Assembly: GCA_964035545.1 (NCBI GenBank)
Contig: OZ037772.1
Coordinates: 2,108,001-2,172,000, forward strand
Length of the DNA stretch: 64,000 bases
Source: Bugula neritina
Lineage: Eukaryota > Animalia > Bryozoa
Direction of reading: 5' to 3'
The first letter of the stretch is position 1. Each line of letters starts with the position of its first letter. Below are positions 13,338 through 26,346 of the stretch, piece after piece. The notes under the pieces were generated by a model. The model saw only the letters and a program-made list of their open reading frames with translations, was not told where the DNA came from and searched no databases. Both the position numbers and the translations under genes were made by a program.

Positions 13338-14714
13338 AGTATATTATGTCATACAGTATATTATGTTATACAGTATATTATGTTATACAGTATATTATGT
13401 TATACAGTATACTATGTTATACAGTATATTATGTTATACAGTATATTATGTTATACAGTATACTATGTTTTACAGTATATTATGTTATATACAGAATATT
13501 ATGTTATACAGTATATTATGTTATACAGTATACTATGTTATACAGTATACTATGTTATACAGTATACTATGTTATACAGTATACTATGTTTTACAGTATA
13601 TTATGTTATACAGTATACTATGTTATACAGTATACTATGTTATACAGTATACTACGTTATACAGTATATTATGTTATACAGTATATTATGTTATACAGAA
13701 TATTATGTTATACAGTATATTATGCTATAGAGTATATTATGTTATACAGTATATTTTATGTTATACAGTATATTATGTTATACAGTATATTATGTTATAC
13801 AGAATATTATGTTATACAGTATATTATGTTATACAGTATATTATGTTATACAGTGTACTATGTTATACAGTATACTACGTTATACAGTATACTATGTTTT
13901 ACAGTATATTATGTTATACAGTATACTATGTTATACAGTATACTATGTTATACCGTATAATATGTTATACAGTATACTATCTTATACAGTATATTATGTT
14001 ATACAGTATATTATGTTATACAGTATACTATGTTTTACAGTATATTATGTTATACAGTATACTATGTTATACAGTATACTATGTTATACAGTATACTATG
14101 TTATACAGTATAATATGTTATACAGTATATTATGTTATACAGTATATTATGTTATACAGTATATACTATGTTATACAGTATAATATGTTATACAGTATAT
14201 TATGTTATACAGTATATTATGCTATACAGTATATTATGTTATACAGTATATTATGCTATACAGTATAGTATGTTATACAGTACACTATGTTATACAGTAT
14301 ATTATGTTATACAGTGTACTATGTTATACAGTACATTATGTTATACAGTATACTATGTTATACAGTATATTATGTTATACAGTATACTATGTTATGCAGT
14401 ATACTATGTTATACAGTATTTTATGTTATACAGTATATTATGTTATACAGTATACTATGTTATACAGTATACTATGTCATACAGTATATTATGCTATACG
14501 GTATATTATGTTATACAGTATATTTTATGTTATACAGTATATTATGTTATACAGTATATTATTATGTTATACAGTATATTATGTTATACAGTGTACTATG
14601 TTATACAGTATATTATGTTGTACAGTATATTATGTTGTACAGTGTACTATGTTATACAGTATATTATGTTGTACAGTATATTATGTTGTACAATATAATT
14701 ATATTATGTTATAT
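13338..14714. repeat. 17-bp minisatellite (cagtatattatgttata), about 80 copies
   Basis: Direct tandem periodicity; source of the MLYSILCYTV ORFs. Confidence 0.97.
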
Positions 14715-14899
14715 TAATCAACATACAAATGAGATGCTTTTGTCAGTCTATAATGATGAATATTATACACTGGAACTGGGTTACTCTCTCACCTCCCCTC
14801 ACCTCAGCTCAGCTAGACCAGATCTTCCCAAGTGATGAATTTGGGCTTTCTTAGGGAAGATTTTTATTTCTAAAAATTCACAGTTTGTTACCAGCTCTT

Positions 14900-15916
14900 T
14901 GAGCTCTTGCCTTGTTTTCAAGATTACATGTACTGCATATGTATAACTATAACTCCTTCATTTTATGTAGTTCATATATTTATCCTCACTACACTCTACA
15001 ATCTAAGTTTACTTCTACATCCATGTGTCTATTATTCACTCTACTTTAGCTGCATGCTACCACTCCTACTACGAATGAAGGTTCGGAAGTTTGAATTGGA
15101 AGCAAAACCAACAGGAAGTTTAAGCAGCAATGCAAGCTCATTTCTATAAACTATACACACTGCATACATATAGTGGATATATTTCCTGTGTTCCAGTGCA
15201 ATCATCACATCATCACTCTTCATTATAGCTGCATCAATCCTTTCAAAGCTGAACTCAAGTTGTGACCTTGACATAATTCTATGATACAACTATCCTCACA
15301 CTCAATAAGTTATTAGAAAAAGAACCTGTTCCAGAGATATCTTTCAAAAAGCAATTCTGCGAATATATTTGAACTTTTAACATTATTTGACAGTATTTCC
15401 CTGAGCTACCTTCATAAGAGAGTTACATGAGAGTGTTATTGAGCTGGTTTGCAGTGAAGGATGATTTTTTGAGTTCTGTGTTTTCACAAGCAAACTCTAC
15501 CCACACATTGCTGACAATACTTTAACAGTTTTAGTGCCATTCAGCACCACGTTTTTATATAAGGTAGGATTCCTTCAATATGCCAATGGTTAGGAATCAG
15601 CAAATAAACTGCCTTGACCTGCAAAGTGACCTACAATGTACAGCTTGTCAAAACCCAAGTCAAACTTAAGCAAGCTGCAGCACAAATTTACCAGCTGCAG
15701 CCATCATATCAATAATTGAACTGCTCTGTGCTTTATACATGCATAATATAATAATCATAATCTTATATTATAATCGAATATACTAGAACAAATATAGACT
15801 TCTATAGTATATTATGCCTATCATTCATAAATTGCACTTTTAGAAAGAGGGGAACTTAATAGTAAACAGTTATGGAAGGGGAGATGATATGGTATGAAAA
15901 AGGTTTGGGACCACTG
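14900..15916 (+). mobile_element. Decayed hAT (Charlie-like) element with transposase dimerisation-domain remnant
   Basis: About 15470-15710 reads LYPHIADNTLTVLVPFSTTFLYKVGF...LDLQSDL...QLQPS, like YP.L...AL..L.PF.TTYLCE.GFS...Q.SH; ends in TIR-like aggtttgggaccactg. Confidence 0.65.
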
Positions 15917-16299
15917 AGCTAGAGGAACCACCATACCTCTACCATAGCATCACATTGCTCTGCCATCTTGATTGCAGCCTGCCAATTAAGAAAATTCAGG
16001 ATTAATCAGATGTTCATTGATGTCGCTGAATATGCTAGTACTAAACAGCTCAACTTAAACATATAACAAAAATATTTTACATAATGAAAGTACAAACAAA
16101 AAGATGCAAGTGCTAGCTGACACTGAAGGAGACTAATAAGAAACAAAGTCCTTGTAAAGATTTTGCTACTAAAAGGACATAGATTTTATCGGTATTTTTG
16201 TAATTTGAAAATATACAGGGCCGGAATTAGATATTCTAAAATAGCTCAATTGAAAAACATGCACACCTGGTGCCCTGGATAATTTTTCAGATTTCAACC

Positions 16300-16580
16300 T
16301 TAGAGTTGTCTCTCTTCGACGCTAAAATATAGCGCTCCGCTCAATGAATGCAACATTTCTTTCACGTGATTATTATAGAGCTGACCTTTGTAGTTGAGTG
16401 ACGTGTTATAATCCTTCTGCGCGTAGAACTTCCTCGTTACTTTAGTTTTATTCATATTGTGCCTTTTCTCAGTTACTACTTACTAGTTACTAAGTTTCTT
16501 ACCAGTTTACAGACTGACACTATTGGCTCTCCTGGGGTGAGAACAGTTTGAGTCATCTCATCATTTCTCAAATTAATCAG
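16300..16580 (+). promoter_or_regulatory. Putative promoter and non-coding first exon of TRIM copy 1
   Basis: Local CpG cluster with tcacgtga and gtgacgtg motifs, a CAG/GTAACC donor at 16581, and the ATG exon beginning at an acceptor (19148). Conserved at about 52740-53004. Confidence 0.5.
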
Positions 16581-17889
16581 GTAACCGTACTTTAATACTT
16601 GCAGTTAGATTTACTATTTTAGTATTCACTATTAGTATTAGTATTAGTATTTAATATTTTACTATTAGTATTTTAATTCTAGATTTACTTTTACTTTTAG
16701 TTTTCCTTTTAGCCTTTAGGCTTTAGGTTTAAGTCTAGGCTTATAACTTATATAATATCAATATAAGATTAAGCTTAAGACTAAGTTATATTTAAATTAT
16801 AAGTTATATAAATTAAAATTCTTACAGTTACTGTTATGAGTTAATGTTATAATGTTAATTAAATATAATTGTTTCTCTTTGAGTCTTTGATTTGAAATTT
16901 ACAATAGACATAGTAATACCATAGCCCATAGGCATGTGATCAATAATTAATTAATTATAATGATTTATCGAAAAATATAAATATGAATATCGTATTAATG
17001 ATATTAAATTTACTATTATTATAAAAAATTTAATCGACTTCAAGTTTAGGTTCAAGTTTTAATACTGAAAAATTGATCTACTAGTAGTAGTACTAGTACT
17101 ACTACGTCTACAGTAGTAGTAGTGGTAGTAGCCTACGATTACAGATTACTATTACGTACTATAAGTATTAGTCTATTAGTAATACATGTACTATTTGATT
17201 ACTCTTAGTATTGCTATTCGATTTACTGTTGGTATAACTATATAAGAATTGAGACTAGGTATTTCAGTTTCGCACTATTTTATTTATATAAATATTTGTA
17301 TTAACTTTAAGTATTACTATTAGTAATCACAATTAGTATTGATATTGCATCTCCTATTAGGATTACTGGTATTACTATTACTATTAGTATTGTTGTATGA
17401 GTAATTACTAATTAGTATTAGTAATTTTTACTCATTGCATTACATTTACTATAAGTATAAATATAAAGTGTAAGTTACTATTATTGCTCTACTATAACTA
17501 TCAGTATTAGATTTAGTGTTGCAGTTGGTTTTACTGCCAGGTCCCCTACCATCATTAAATTTATTTATAATGATAATCTTGGTGATTATCACCCAATATT
17601 GACTCATATGACTAGGTTAGCCACATTTATATGATCTGCTATTGTTGTAAACATAAAAATATGAGGTTAGTGTTAACAAATCATTTGCTAGGTAAGAGTG
17701 TAGAATAAATAATTGGCTAGAGATGAGTGTAGAAGCTGCCAACTCATGAAACAACTACACCTGACCTAACAGAAGCACAAACATGTTAAATTAGTATGTT
17801 CCACACCATCGTAGTTTCTATTAGATGATGAAAATATATAACTAGCAGTTGATGGCTTTTTCCCTGGCTGGTGGAAGAGTGACTCTAAG

Positions 17890-18492
17890 TAACATATTAA
17901 TATCTTGGTGTGTTAGTGGATCAGAATTTGAGATTTCATGAACATGTACAATCAGTAGTTGCAACAGTATCAAGAAGAATGTATATTGTGAAGGGTTTTG
18001 CATATCTTAGCTCTAAACCTCTAGAAAATATGTTATTCAAAAGTTTCATCTTGTCCCGCATCGCCTATTGTCTACCTACTATTTTTACTTGTATCTATGC
18101 CAGTGATAAAAAAGCCATTCGAAGGATTTTCAAAGTTTGCTCAAAACTTGGGATTGAGTATCTAAACATTGATTTGCACATTCAGAAACTCACTAAAGAA
18201 CTTGCTATCAAATATATAGCAGACAATGACCATTTTATCAATAACTTTCTGAGTCAATGCCCTTCTGGAGGATATCGAACTATCAAATATAGAGGGGCAT
18301 GGGGCAGAGATAGCTTCTTGCGACTTCTTGTAAATACTTTAAACGAGCTTTTATTTTAAATAGTCTAACAGAGTTTTGACTTTTTCTCCTAATTTTGTTA
18401 ATGCCTAGTTATGTTATAATCAGCATTTACACTGAATTTTGCAACGTGTTGTCATGTTTGTGATATGTAATAAATCAATCAATCAATCAAAT
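17890..18492 (+). mobile_element. 5'-truncated non-LTR retrotransposon (CR1/L2-like), RT C-terminus and 3' tail
   Basis: YLGVLVDQNLRFHEHV..V.....RRMY......LFKSFILSRI.YC; ends in aataaa followed by (tcaa)n. Confidence 0.8.
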
Positions 18493-19170
18493 CATGCATC
18501 ACCAACACTGCAGAAATGTTAAAATGAATTTTGTCATTTAGATTATGGAGAAAACAAAGTATTTTCAACACCCAGCACAAAGTATTTCATGAAACTATTT
18601 TTTCAACCACTGCTATGTTTCCCCCTATTTTGTGTTTTAGAGTGAGCCCACGCAATGTATCTAGCCCAAAAATGGGAAGGTAACATTGTAAAACTGGCTG
18701 ATATTTTTGAATGAGGGGATAAGCAGCTGAGCCCAATTGTGCTGTTTGTTCATAAAAGTAATACATAACTCACTGGTATTCATGTTTCACTTCTCCTCTA
18801 TATATTAGAAACACTTGATTAGTGATGTTCAATAGAAGTAGAATAAAAGTGTTCACTGAAGCACACAACATTGCTTCATATTTATTGTATATGGAGTTTG
18901 AGTCACCAGCAAAAACCTATTCAGTGATTACAATGGAAACAATACAGCCTTTGTTAGAGAGTTGAAGCTGTGAGCTCAGCATGTTGTAGCTGACTATCAC
19001 GTATACCAGTCTTATTAACTGCCTTTGTTTAACATTATTTTTCACTTTATTTTGTATGGTTTATTGTTAATGGTTAAGTCTTTGATTTGGAAACCTTCAC
19101 ATATGTAGTGTGAAATATTATGCTAAGAGTATGTGTATCTTTTACAGGATTTCCTTATTATATAACCAAT

Positions 19171-22100
19171 ATGGCAGAATCCAGAGTTGTGAAAAAGAGA
19201 TTAAACAATTCGTATCGCTGTGGGTACTGCTCGCAGTACTTCAACAAACTTGAAGATCCCAGAACTCTGCCCTGTCTGCATGTGTACTGCATGAGATGTT
19301 TGAAGACTGACATCGGTGGTAGGAAGGATCATATTAGATGTGCTTATTGTAGGTGAGTTACAGTACATAACACAATATATCATGTCATAGGCTTGCATAT
19401 GATTTTCTCACCATTATCTAGGAGTTGTCTGATCTGTGTCTATGAAAAGCAAACAATACTGTATATTCTATGTAAACTCTGGTTACTAACTTGTGGAGTG
19501 TGTGGATATCTTTTCATTAGGTAGAGAAAGTAACTGTTATGTAGATTGCACCATCAGCTGTCCTCTCTTGTTGAATTGTGGTGCTGTTAGATGTCATGGG
19601 ATTGGGGTTGTCTCCTCATTATATTATTTTGTTCTCATACAGTACAAGACTTGTTAGACCAACCTTTTTCATATCATCCCCACTTTAATAAATGTTTACT
19701 ATTAATTATCCCCCCTTTAAAAAACGAAAAAATTTATGACTGACATAATGATAATATAGATTACTATGCAATATTTTTCCTATTACATTTGAATACAATA
19801 TAGTTATTTCTGATAATTATATTATGCATGTATAAAACACAGAGCAGTTCAATTAATGATATTATGGCTGCAGCTGATGACATTGTACCAGCTTGCTTTC
19901 AAACCTCCCACCCCAACCCCTAAACCCCAACCCCAATATTGAAATTAAAACACATTCATGTAGAAGTAGACTGAGATGACAGAACTGGTTAAATAGATAA
20001 GCTAAGATGAATGCTTATAGATATACATGTACATGTAACTTGCAAGAGCTCAAAAGTCTTTAACAAACTGCTTGAAATTTTCAAAATCGAAATCCAGGCT
20101 CCCCCTAAAAAGCCCAAATTCCCTCTTATAGGGGATTCTCCCAGGTTGGGAACCACTGTGTTGAATTGACTTGTGTTTACTATCTTCTTTCCTGTGATTA
20201 TAAACATGTATGATGTTGTCATGACAACAGAGTTGCTGTGGCACAAAGTACAGTTTACTAGTAAGTAGTGATTGTGTAGTGAGAGTGGAGTGTCTGGTTA
20301 TTGTCCATGGTTATGTGTAATCTGTAAGGAATAGAATTATATTATTTTAATATAATGTTTAGAAAGGTACTTTTATAATGGCAGTTTGCTCAATAGCTTT
20401 AGTTCTAATGCGATAGACTCATAGCTCTGGAGTCTAGCAGCTGTTACCATTACCACTAGCTGTTCAAAATTCTGCCAACATCCGGGCTGCCAAAGCATAA
20501 TAGCCATTGACATTAAGGCCAAGCAGTCACTGGGAAACTATTTGACTAAAGAGCAGGTCTTATGACAATTAGTAGTCAGTCCCTTAGACAGGAATCAGTG
20601 ATTCTGTGACCTATATAGTTAAATCCAATGCTGAAATTTTAATAGATTATTAGACGGCCATCACAATTGTATTTGGTAGTGAGTTGTACAATATAATGTT
20701 ATGGGGTGCCAATCAGTGTCTAATATAGTCTGTGAATTGAGTGTCTCCTTTAGCTTTGATGAGTTGATTACTTCTTCTACCATCAGTCAGTTGTATTAAG
20801 TGTTACTTTGTATTGAGTGAATAGTGTTGAAGATTTGGGCCTATATTATGCCAACCCCCTCCCTCTGACTTAGACTGTGACCCAACCTGCTGCACATACA
20901 TAGTAGTACTACACTGAAGATAGTCAACATGTGTATATATCATATACATATATATATAACATATATATATACATGCATATATCATCCTACTAGTAATGGA
21001 TTACTAAGTACAAGTTATCCTATGACTCACTCTTCTTATGCTAGCTGCACGAGATAGAAAACACTCACACGTGACACGCACTCACAGTGCACTAGCTCTT
21101 GACACATTGCCAAGGATGATGAAATGACAGTTTCGCGCCACTCCTAGCAGTTAGAGTGGCAGGGAATAGTTGTAGTATGTTGTAGTATTGGCTCCTCAGA
21201 ATTCACCCCTCAGTAATTAGTTGCATTGCACAAACTTGCAACAAAAGTGAATAATTATTGACAATATGGCCTCCACTCAGTAGTTAACTAGTAATTTATC
21301 TATCATTTTACTCTACAAGTTACAGTTGAGTCTGTTTGTTGAGTAGCAGTTCTTTGTCATGAGTGACTATTTTCCAGCATATTAAGTACATAATATAGTC
21401 AAGTGTGTTTGTGTGGTAGCCTGTGGTCTATATAATGAATGTGTGTTGATGAGTGATGAGTATTTATTTGAGTATTTGTCAAGGACATAGCTGTGTGTGT
21501 GGATGGAGTATTTCATTACTTGAGATATACTAAACACAGCTAACACAGGTAACATACTGGTTGCTATATATTGTAGGAAAGATCACTATGACATAACAGA
21601 TCCCACAACACTACCAGTAGCTCAGCATGGAGACCCCTTAGAATACAAGTCTCCACCCAAACCTGCACCCATTCCCTGCGATGTGTGTAAAGGTGGAACA
21701 GAAGCTGCTGTGTTCTGTCTTGAGAGTCAAAAGAAATTGTGTCAGCAGCATCAAGAAGTGAGTCTTTCTTATATAATTTCTCAAGATAGGTTACTAAACC
21801 AGTTCTGGTTTGTGTGCAGAATATTATTGAAAAGAAATGTTGAGTCTGTGTGACTTTTTATACTAAACACACAGTTTCACAGTGCAGTGAGTCAACTATG
21901 ACAGACTTGTTGGTGAAAATACAACCAACTAAACTGTTGACCTTTATTATACAGAATCACAGAGAGCTGATGGGAGATAGACATCAGTTTATTGACATTG
22001 AGGTCTACAGAGCTTCTCCCCAAAGATATACTATAACTGAATGTGAACATCATAAAGAGGAACAGCTGACAGAAGTGTGTTCCAAGTGTCACCAGATATT

Positions 22101-25100
22101 CTGTATGAGATGTGATATGAGGACTGGCTGTAAGGATAAGACAGGTATTTACTTGCTGTTTCTATTTCTGTAGAAAGAAACTGAGAAATATTACAAGAAC
22201 CTGTTATTTATTATTTTATTATCAAAGTGAGTTATGTAACAGTAAAAGAGGAAGTCAGTTTGTCAGCATTAAGGTTTGTGTGAGACAGAAGTGGATAGTG
22301 CAGGAGTTTGTATTCTCACTGTTATGTTGAATATTTAGTATATTTCATCCTTCAAGTGTCTGTTTCCTTGATAAGATGGTATAGGCATAGCTTTAACTCA
22401 GTTGTGTCCCACCTTTTTTATAAATGTTTTCTATTAAGTTTCCGCCTCTTTGATAAAATTGTAATTTCATTTATAAAGAAAATCTTGGACAGGTTGTTTT
22501 CCTAATAATTCATTGAGTGTAGAAAAAAGCACTTTGTATTTGACATGGACCAGTGTCTGCCGCAACTTCAGTTCAGCTTTGAAAGCATTGATGCTGCTAT
22601 TAAAAGCAGTTAGTTGATGATTATAATCATTCATTTTAGGTTCAAAGTTTTTAGTACAACAATTATATCTACTAGGTATGCAATAAGTAGTTTATGGAGA
22701 TCAGATTGACTCACTGCAAAAACTTGCTGTTGGTTTTTACTTTCAAGAAACTTTTTAACCTCCATTCGTAGTAGGAGGGGTAGCAGCTAGGGTAGAAAAG
22801 GAAAAGGCACTTTGTGTTTGGCATGGACCAGTGTCTACCACAACTTGAGTTTAGTTATAGTTATACATATACATGTAACCTGAAAAACAAGGCAAGAGCT
22901 CAAAGAGCTGGTAAACTGTGTGAATTTTTAGAAATGAAACCCCTGAAAAGCCCAAATTCCCTGCAAGGGGAATCCCCCAAGGTTGGGAGCCACTGCTCTA
23001 ACGTTTTCAATTATATTATTCCAAGTGCAGTGATTAATGAGCTAACCTGTGAAATATTTCTAGTCCAACCAACTGTCTAGTTATTACATAGTATGTGTAT
23101 AGTGATACATCATCTACCTGTAGGTACAGGTAGTAGGTGTAGAATAAGTACAATGTCATATCTAAAAATGCTTTTATGAATAGTGTGATTTTATGTATAC
23201 AGAGGAGACAGTAGCATCCCATGACTTGGCATCTTTGAGTGATTTGTCTTGTGAGTTACGAGAAAGTCTGACTGGTGGAATAGAGACTCTGTCTGAGAAA
23301 GTTGCAGAGTTGAATGACATCTCAAAGGATGCCTGGAAAGAACTGAGTAAAATAGAAGATGAAGTGAAGAAGATGGTTGCCAGAGTGAACGCTGTGGCTG
23401 ATGCTCAGGTATGCTGACATGGTGATGTCATTGGATGTATTTCTGGTTGACTGAAATTAGGTTTTGCATTTGGTCTTTGAGTTGTAAATAGAAATAAATT
23501 TCATTTGCCACTAAAATTAACTGGCCATTAAAGCTTTATCATTCTGTGAACAAGTAGCAGTAGTCATACATCACATGTTACTCAGTGCAGAGGAACCTGT
23601 CAATACAGATGACTCACTCATCCTTCTGCAACTGTCAATCACTCACACAGAGAGGTTGGCTGTCTGAGTGATTGACAGGTGTCAGGAGGAGGAGACTAGT
23701 CACGTGATGTACTAGCTCTCTGCTGTGTATAGAGTGTCACGTGACTGAGTCATTGTCCACTCAGTGGGTGATCTGTCACCTTCATTTCAAGTGTAGAGGT
23801 TGTGAGGTGCAGATGTGGTTATACTGTGTTACTATTTATTAGATAGAAGAGATTAGAAAGAAAGCTACAAACCTGAGGCTAGAAATATATGGATATTTGA
23901 AGAGCTGCACACAGATAGTGGATAATTATAGAATAGAGCTGGCCTTGAGTAAGACAATGGGCAGACAGTCTCTGCTGGACACAGTACAGCATGCAGTTGA
24001 TAAGTTCAATGATGCAGGGATTGTGAGAGACTACAAAGAGATGAGTGAGAAGATGGAAAAGGCTACAGATATTGGTGTAATAGAGAAGTGTGTACTTCCA
24101 GACAGCATCTTGGTACCAACATGTAGGTGGAGTCTATAAATAGTAACACTTACTATAAATAACTTTCTGCTTGTAATCATGTGAGTTGCCTTCATTGAAT
24201 ATTTAAATAGTAGAATAAGTAGATAGAGTTTATTTATTAGAGAATTGAGTTTTGTTCTACTCTCACATTATGAGACATTTCTGCAGTGTTTCAGAGTTTA
24301 TGATGTATAAGTGAGCTGCTAAACTGTGTTATGCTGACTACCTGCTGTCAGTATTAACAAGATATTCTCACTTAGACCTGTGCATCACGTAGCAACTTGT
24401 AGTAACTGCAGACCGCTTGTATTTAAAACATCTTTTAGTTTTAAGTTTGAAAAGCTGTTCCCACCTCCTCAGGTGATGAGATTCTCAAGTTATAGTATTG
24501 TTATTTTGTTGTTGCAGACAGTGAAGACAGTCTGGGACTGAAGTTGCTGCAGCCACCATCTTCTCTCCAGTCTGATGGACTTCCTGTACGTGACTGGTGT
24601 GACTCAGTAAACATCTCAGCTGATGGACATCTCATGTGTCGGACACCAGAAGGTGTAGAAGTAATAAATGGAGACACTCTGGATACTATCAGCTCAGTGA
24701 AACACACCAACACTACAGTGTGGTGGGAGATAATCCAACCTGAAGGGGTGATGGTTGGCAGCTGGTATAACAGAGAGGAGAAAACAGCTGAATTCTCACT
24801 TCTTGATCCGAACTCCTTTGAGAAGACTCGCTCTCTCTTCAAGCATTCAGTAGATAAACCCACTTACTATAGAATAACTCAACACCTCTCACTGCTCTGT
24901 ATTGTAGACAGGAGAGAGAAACAGCTGGTAGTCTGTAACCTAGTTGACAATAAAATACAGAAGTTCCCACTTCCTGAGATGAAGTACCCTGTACCTGTAT
25001 GCATCCTCCCAGACTCAACTCTCCTCATAGGAGACTACACTGCAGATGGTAAAGTGAGAAGATATAAAGTGGAGAACACAACTCTCACTCTAATGTGGGA

Positions 25101-26346
25101 GTTTCCACACATCTCAGGACCAACTGGTATTTCCTTTGATCCAACATCTGAACTGATTCACATCTGTACATGGGAAGGACCTCTCCTCATCCTCTCACTT
25201 GAAGGTAAATACTCTGTTTATTATAGTAAGTTTAGTTATTTTATATATAATTATGTTGTAGTAAATAATATATTTTAATAATTAACAGTAAACAACTTCC
25301 ACTCATAAGATATATTATGATATTGTTAGTATTTATCAACTCACTGATGTTATTTTTAGCTAAAAGTTATGTAATAAAGACTGTAGCATGCTGATAGTAG
25401 ATGTTATATTCTTCATCACATGACTTGTAGCTAATAATAATATTAGTGAATAATACTGCCTCCCTGCAATAAGTTTATTTCCAGCTGCAGTAACATGCAG
25501 GATGTAAGCACAGGTAAAAGTGTATGTTATACTGTATAGGTTTAAGATGTACTCTGTGTAGTGTGCAGTGAGCTCTTAGTAAACTCTCTATTCAGTCTTC
25601 CTTTCCAAGGGTTCACCTGGTAGTGTAGAGGATAGGGACTCCACACTGCTGAGTGAGTTGGTGCTGCAAAGGGTTCAAACCCTCCTATCAGCATGTCTAG
25701 TTAGTATACTATGCAAGTGTTTTACAGTAGTTTTAGAGGTGCTCAGTCTAACAACTGTACAGACTGCCAGCTACACATGAGTTATGAGTTGTAGTTTGAC
25801 TTCAGTCTAGTGCTGCTGTTGTTTTGGTCATCAGATAATTTAAATATAATTTGCTACTTTCTGACTGCCATTACTGAGACTATTGTAATTTGATGATGGC
25901 TGGTAGAGCAGTGTTTGCTGGTGAAACTCAGGTGGCTGTGGTTGGTTCTTGTCATGTATTTAATATGTGATAATGTTGGAGTAGATGCAGTAGTATAGTA
26001 TTAGAAGTAGACATGTGGGTGTGTCCTTGCTGAGAGCCACAGGCTAAGTTTGTGGGTCAAGGTCAATACAGTTGTATAATGAGACACTGTTTTCTGCTAG
26101 AATATTTACTTAATGCATATAACCTGCTTAGTTCCATCTTTAAAGGCAGTCTGTGTGTTTCTCTCAATACACACCAACTGATACAATATGATGCTATTAT
26201 TTACAGGTCAACTGGTGCTTACTGTTCCCAGAGAAAGTCTTGGTGTGAGTAGCTGGGTGAGGGTGAGGGACATTGCTGTGTATAACAGAGACACAGTATT
26301 TCTAGCATGTAGAGATGGTCTGAGGAGATACACAATAAAATACTAA
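19171..26346 (+). CDS. TRIM-type E3 ubiquitin ligase, RING-Bbox1-Bbox2-coiled coil-NHL-like beta-propeller, copy 1, 621 aa. Exons 19171-19352, 21577-21757, 21955-22144, 23203-23408, 23843-24122, 24518-25204, 26207-26346
   Basis: C3HC4 RING (CGYC...LPCLHVYCMRC...CAYC), B-box1 (CDVC...FCLES..LCQQH..NH), B-box2 (CEHH...CSKC...CMRC), coiled coil, propeller blades (P.PVCILPDSTLLIGD; P.GISFDP...IHIC). All introns GT-AG and phase-compatible, no stops; AATAAA at 26524. Confidence 0.92.
19658..20158. mobile_element. hAT-like non-autonomous element in a TRIM intron
   Basis: Ends aggttgggaaccactg; the paralogue at 55354-55865 shows both TIRs. Confidence 0.55.
22399..22995 (-). mobile_element. hAT-like remnant related to the 14900-15916 element, in inverted orientation
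   Basis: cagttgtgtcccacc...ggttgggagccactg ends; internal cattcgtagtaggag is the reverse complement of about 15063-15077. Confidence 0.55.
25609..25700 (+). mobile_element. tRNA-derived SINE-like head (paralogue about 61518-61610)
   Basis: A-box-like tagtgtagagg and B-box ggttcaaaccc at tRNA-like spacing; no convincing cloverleaf. Confidence 0.45.

Noticed and set aside
13346-14835. Overlapping MLYSILCYTV ORFs (also 49297-51438)
   Set aside because: Translations of a 17-bp satellite, appearing in all three frames.
24518-25204. Diversity-generating retroelement template/variable pair
   Set aside because: Differences are not adenine-specific, both copies are full intron-containing genes, and the nearby RT is a LINE fragment.
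25609-25700. tRNA gene
   Set aside because: A/B boxes present but no convincing acceptor or anticodon stems; treated as SINE-like.
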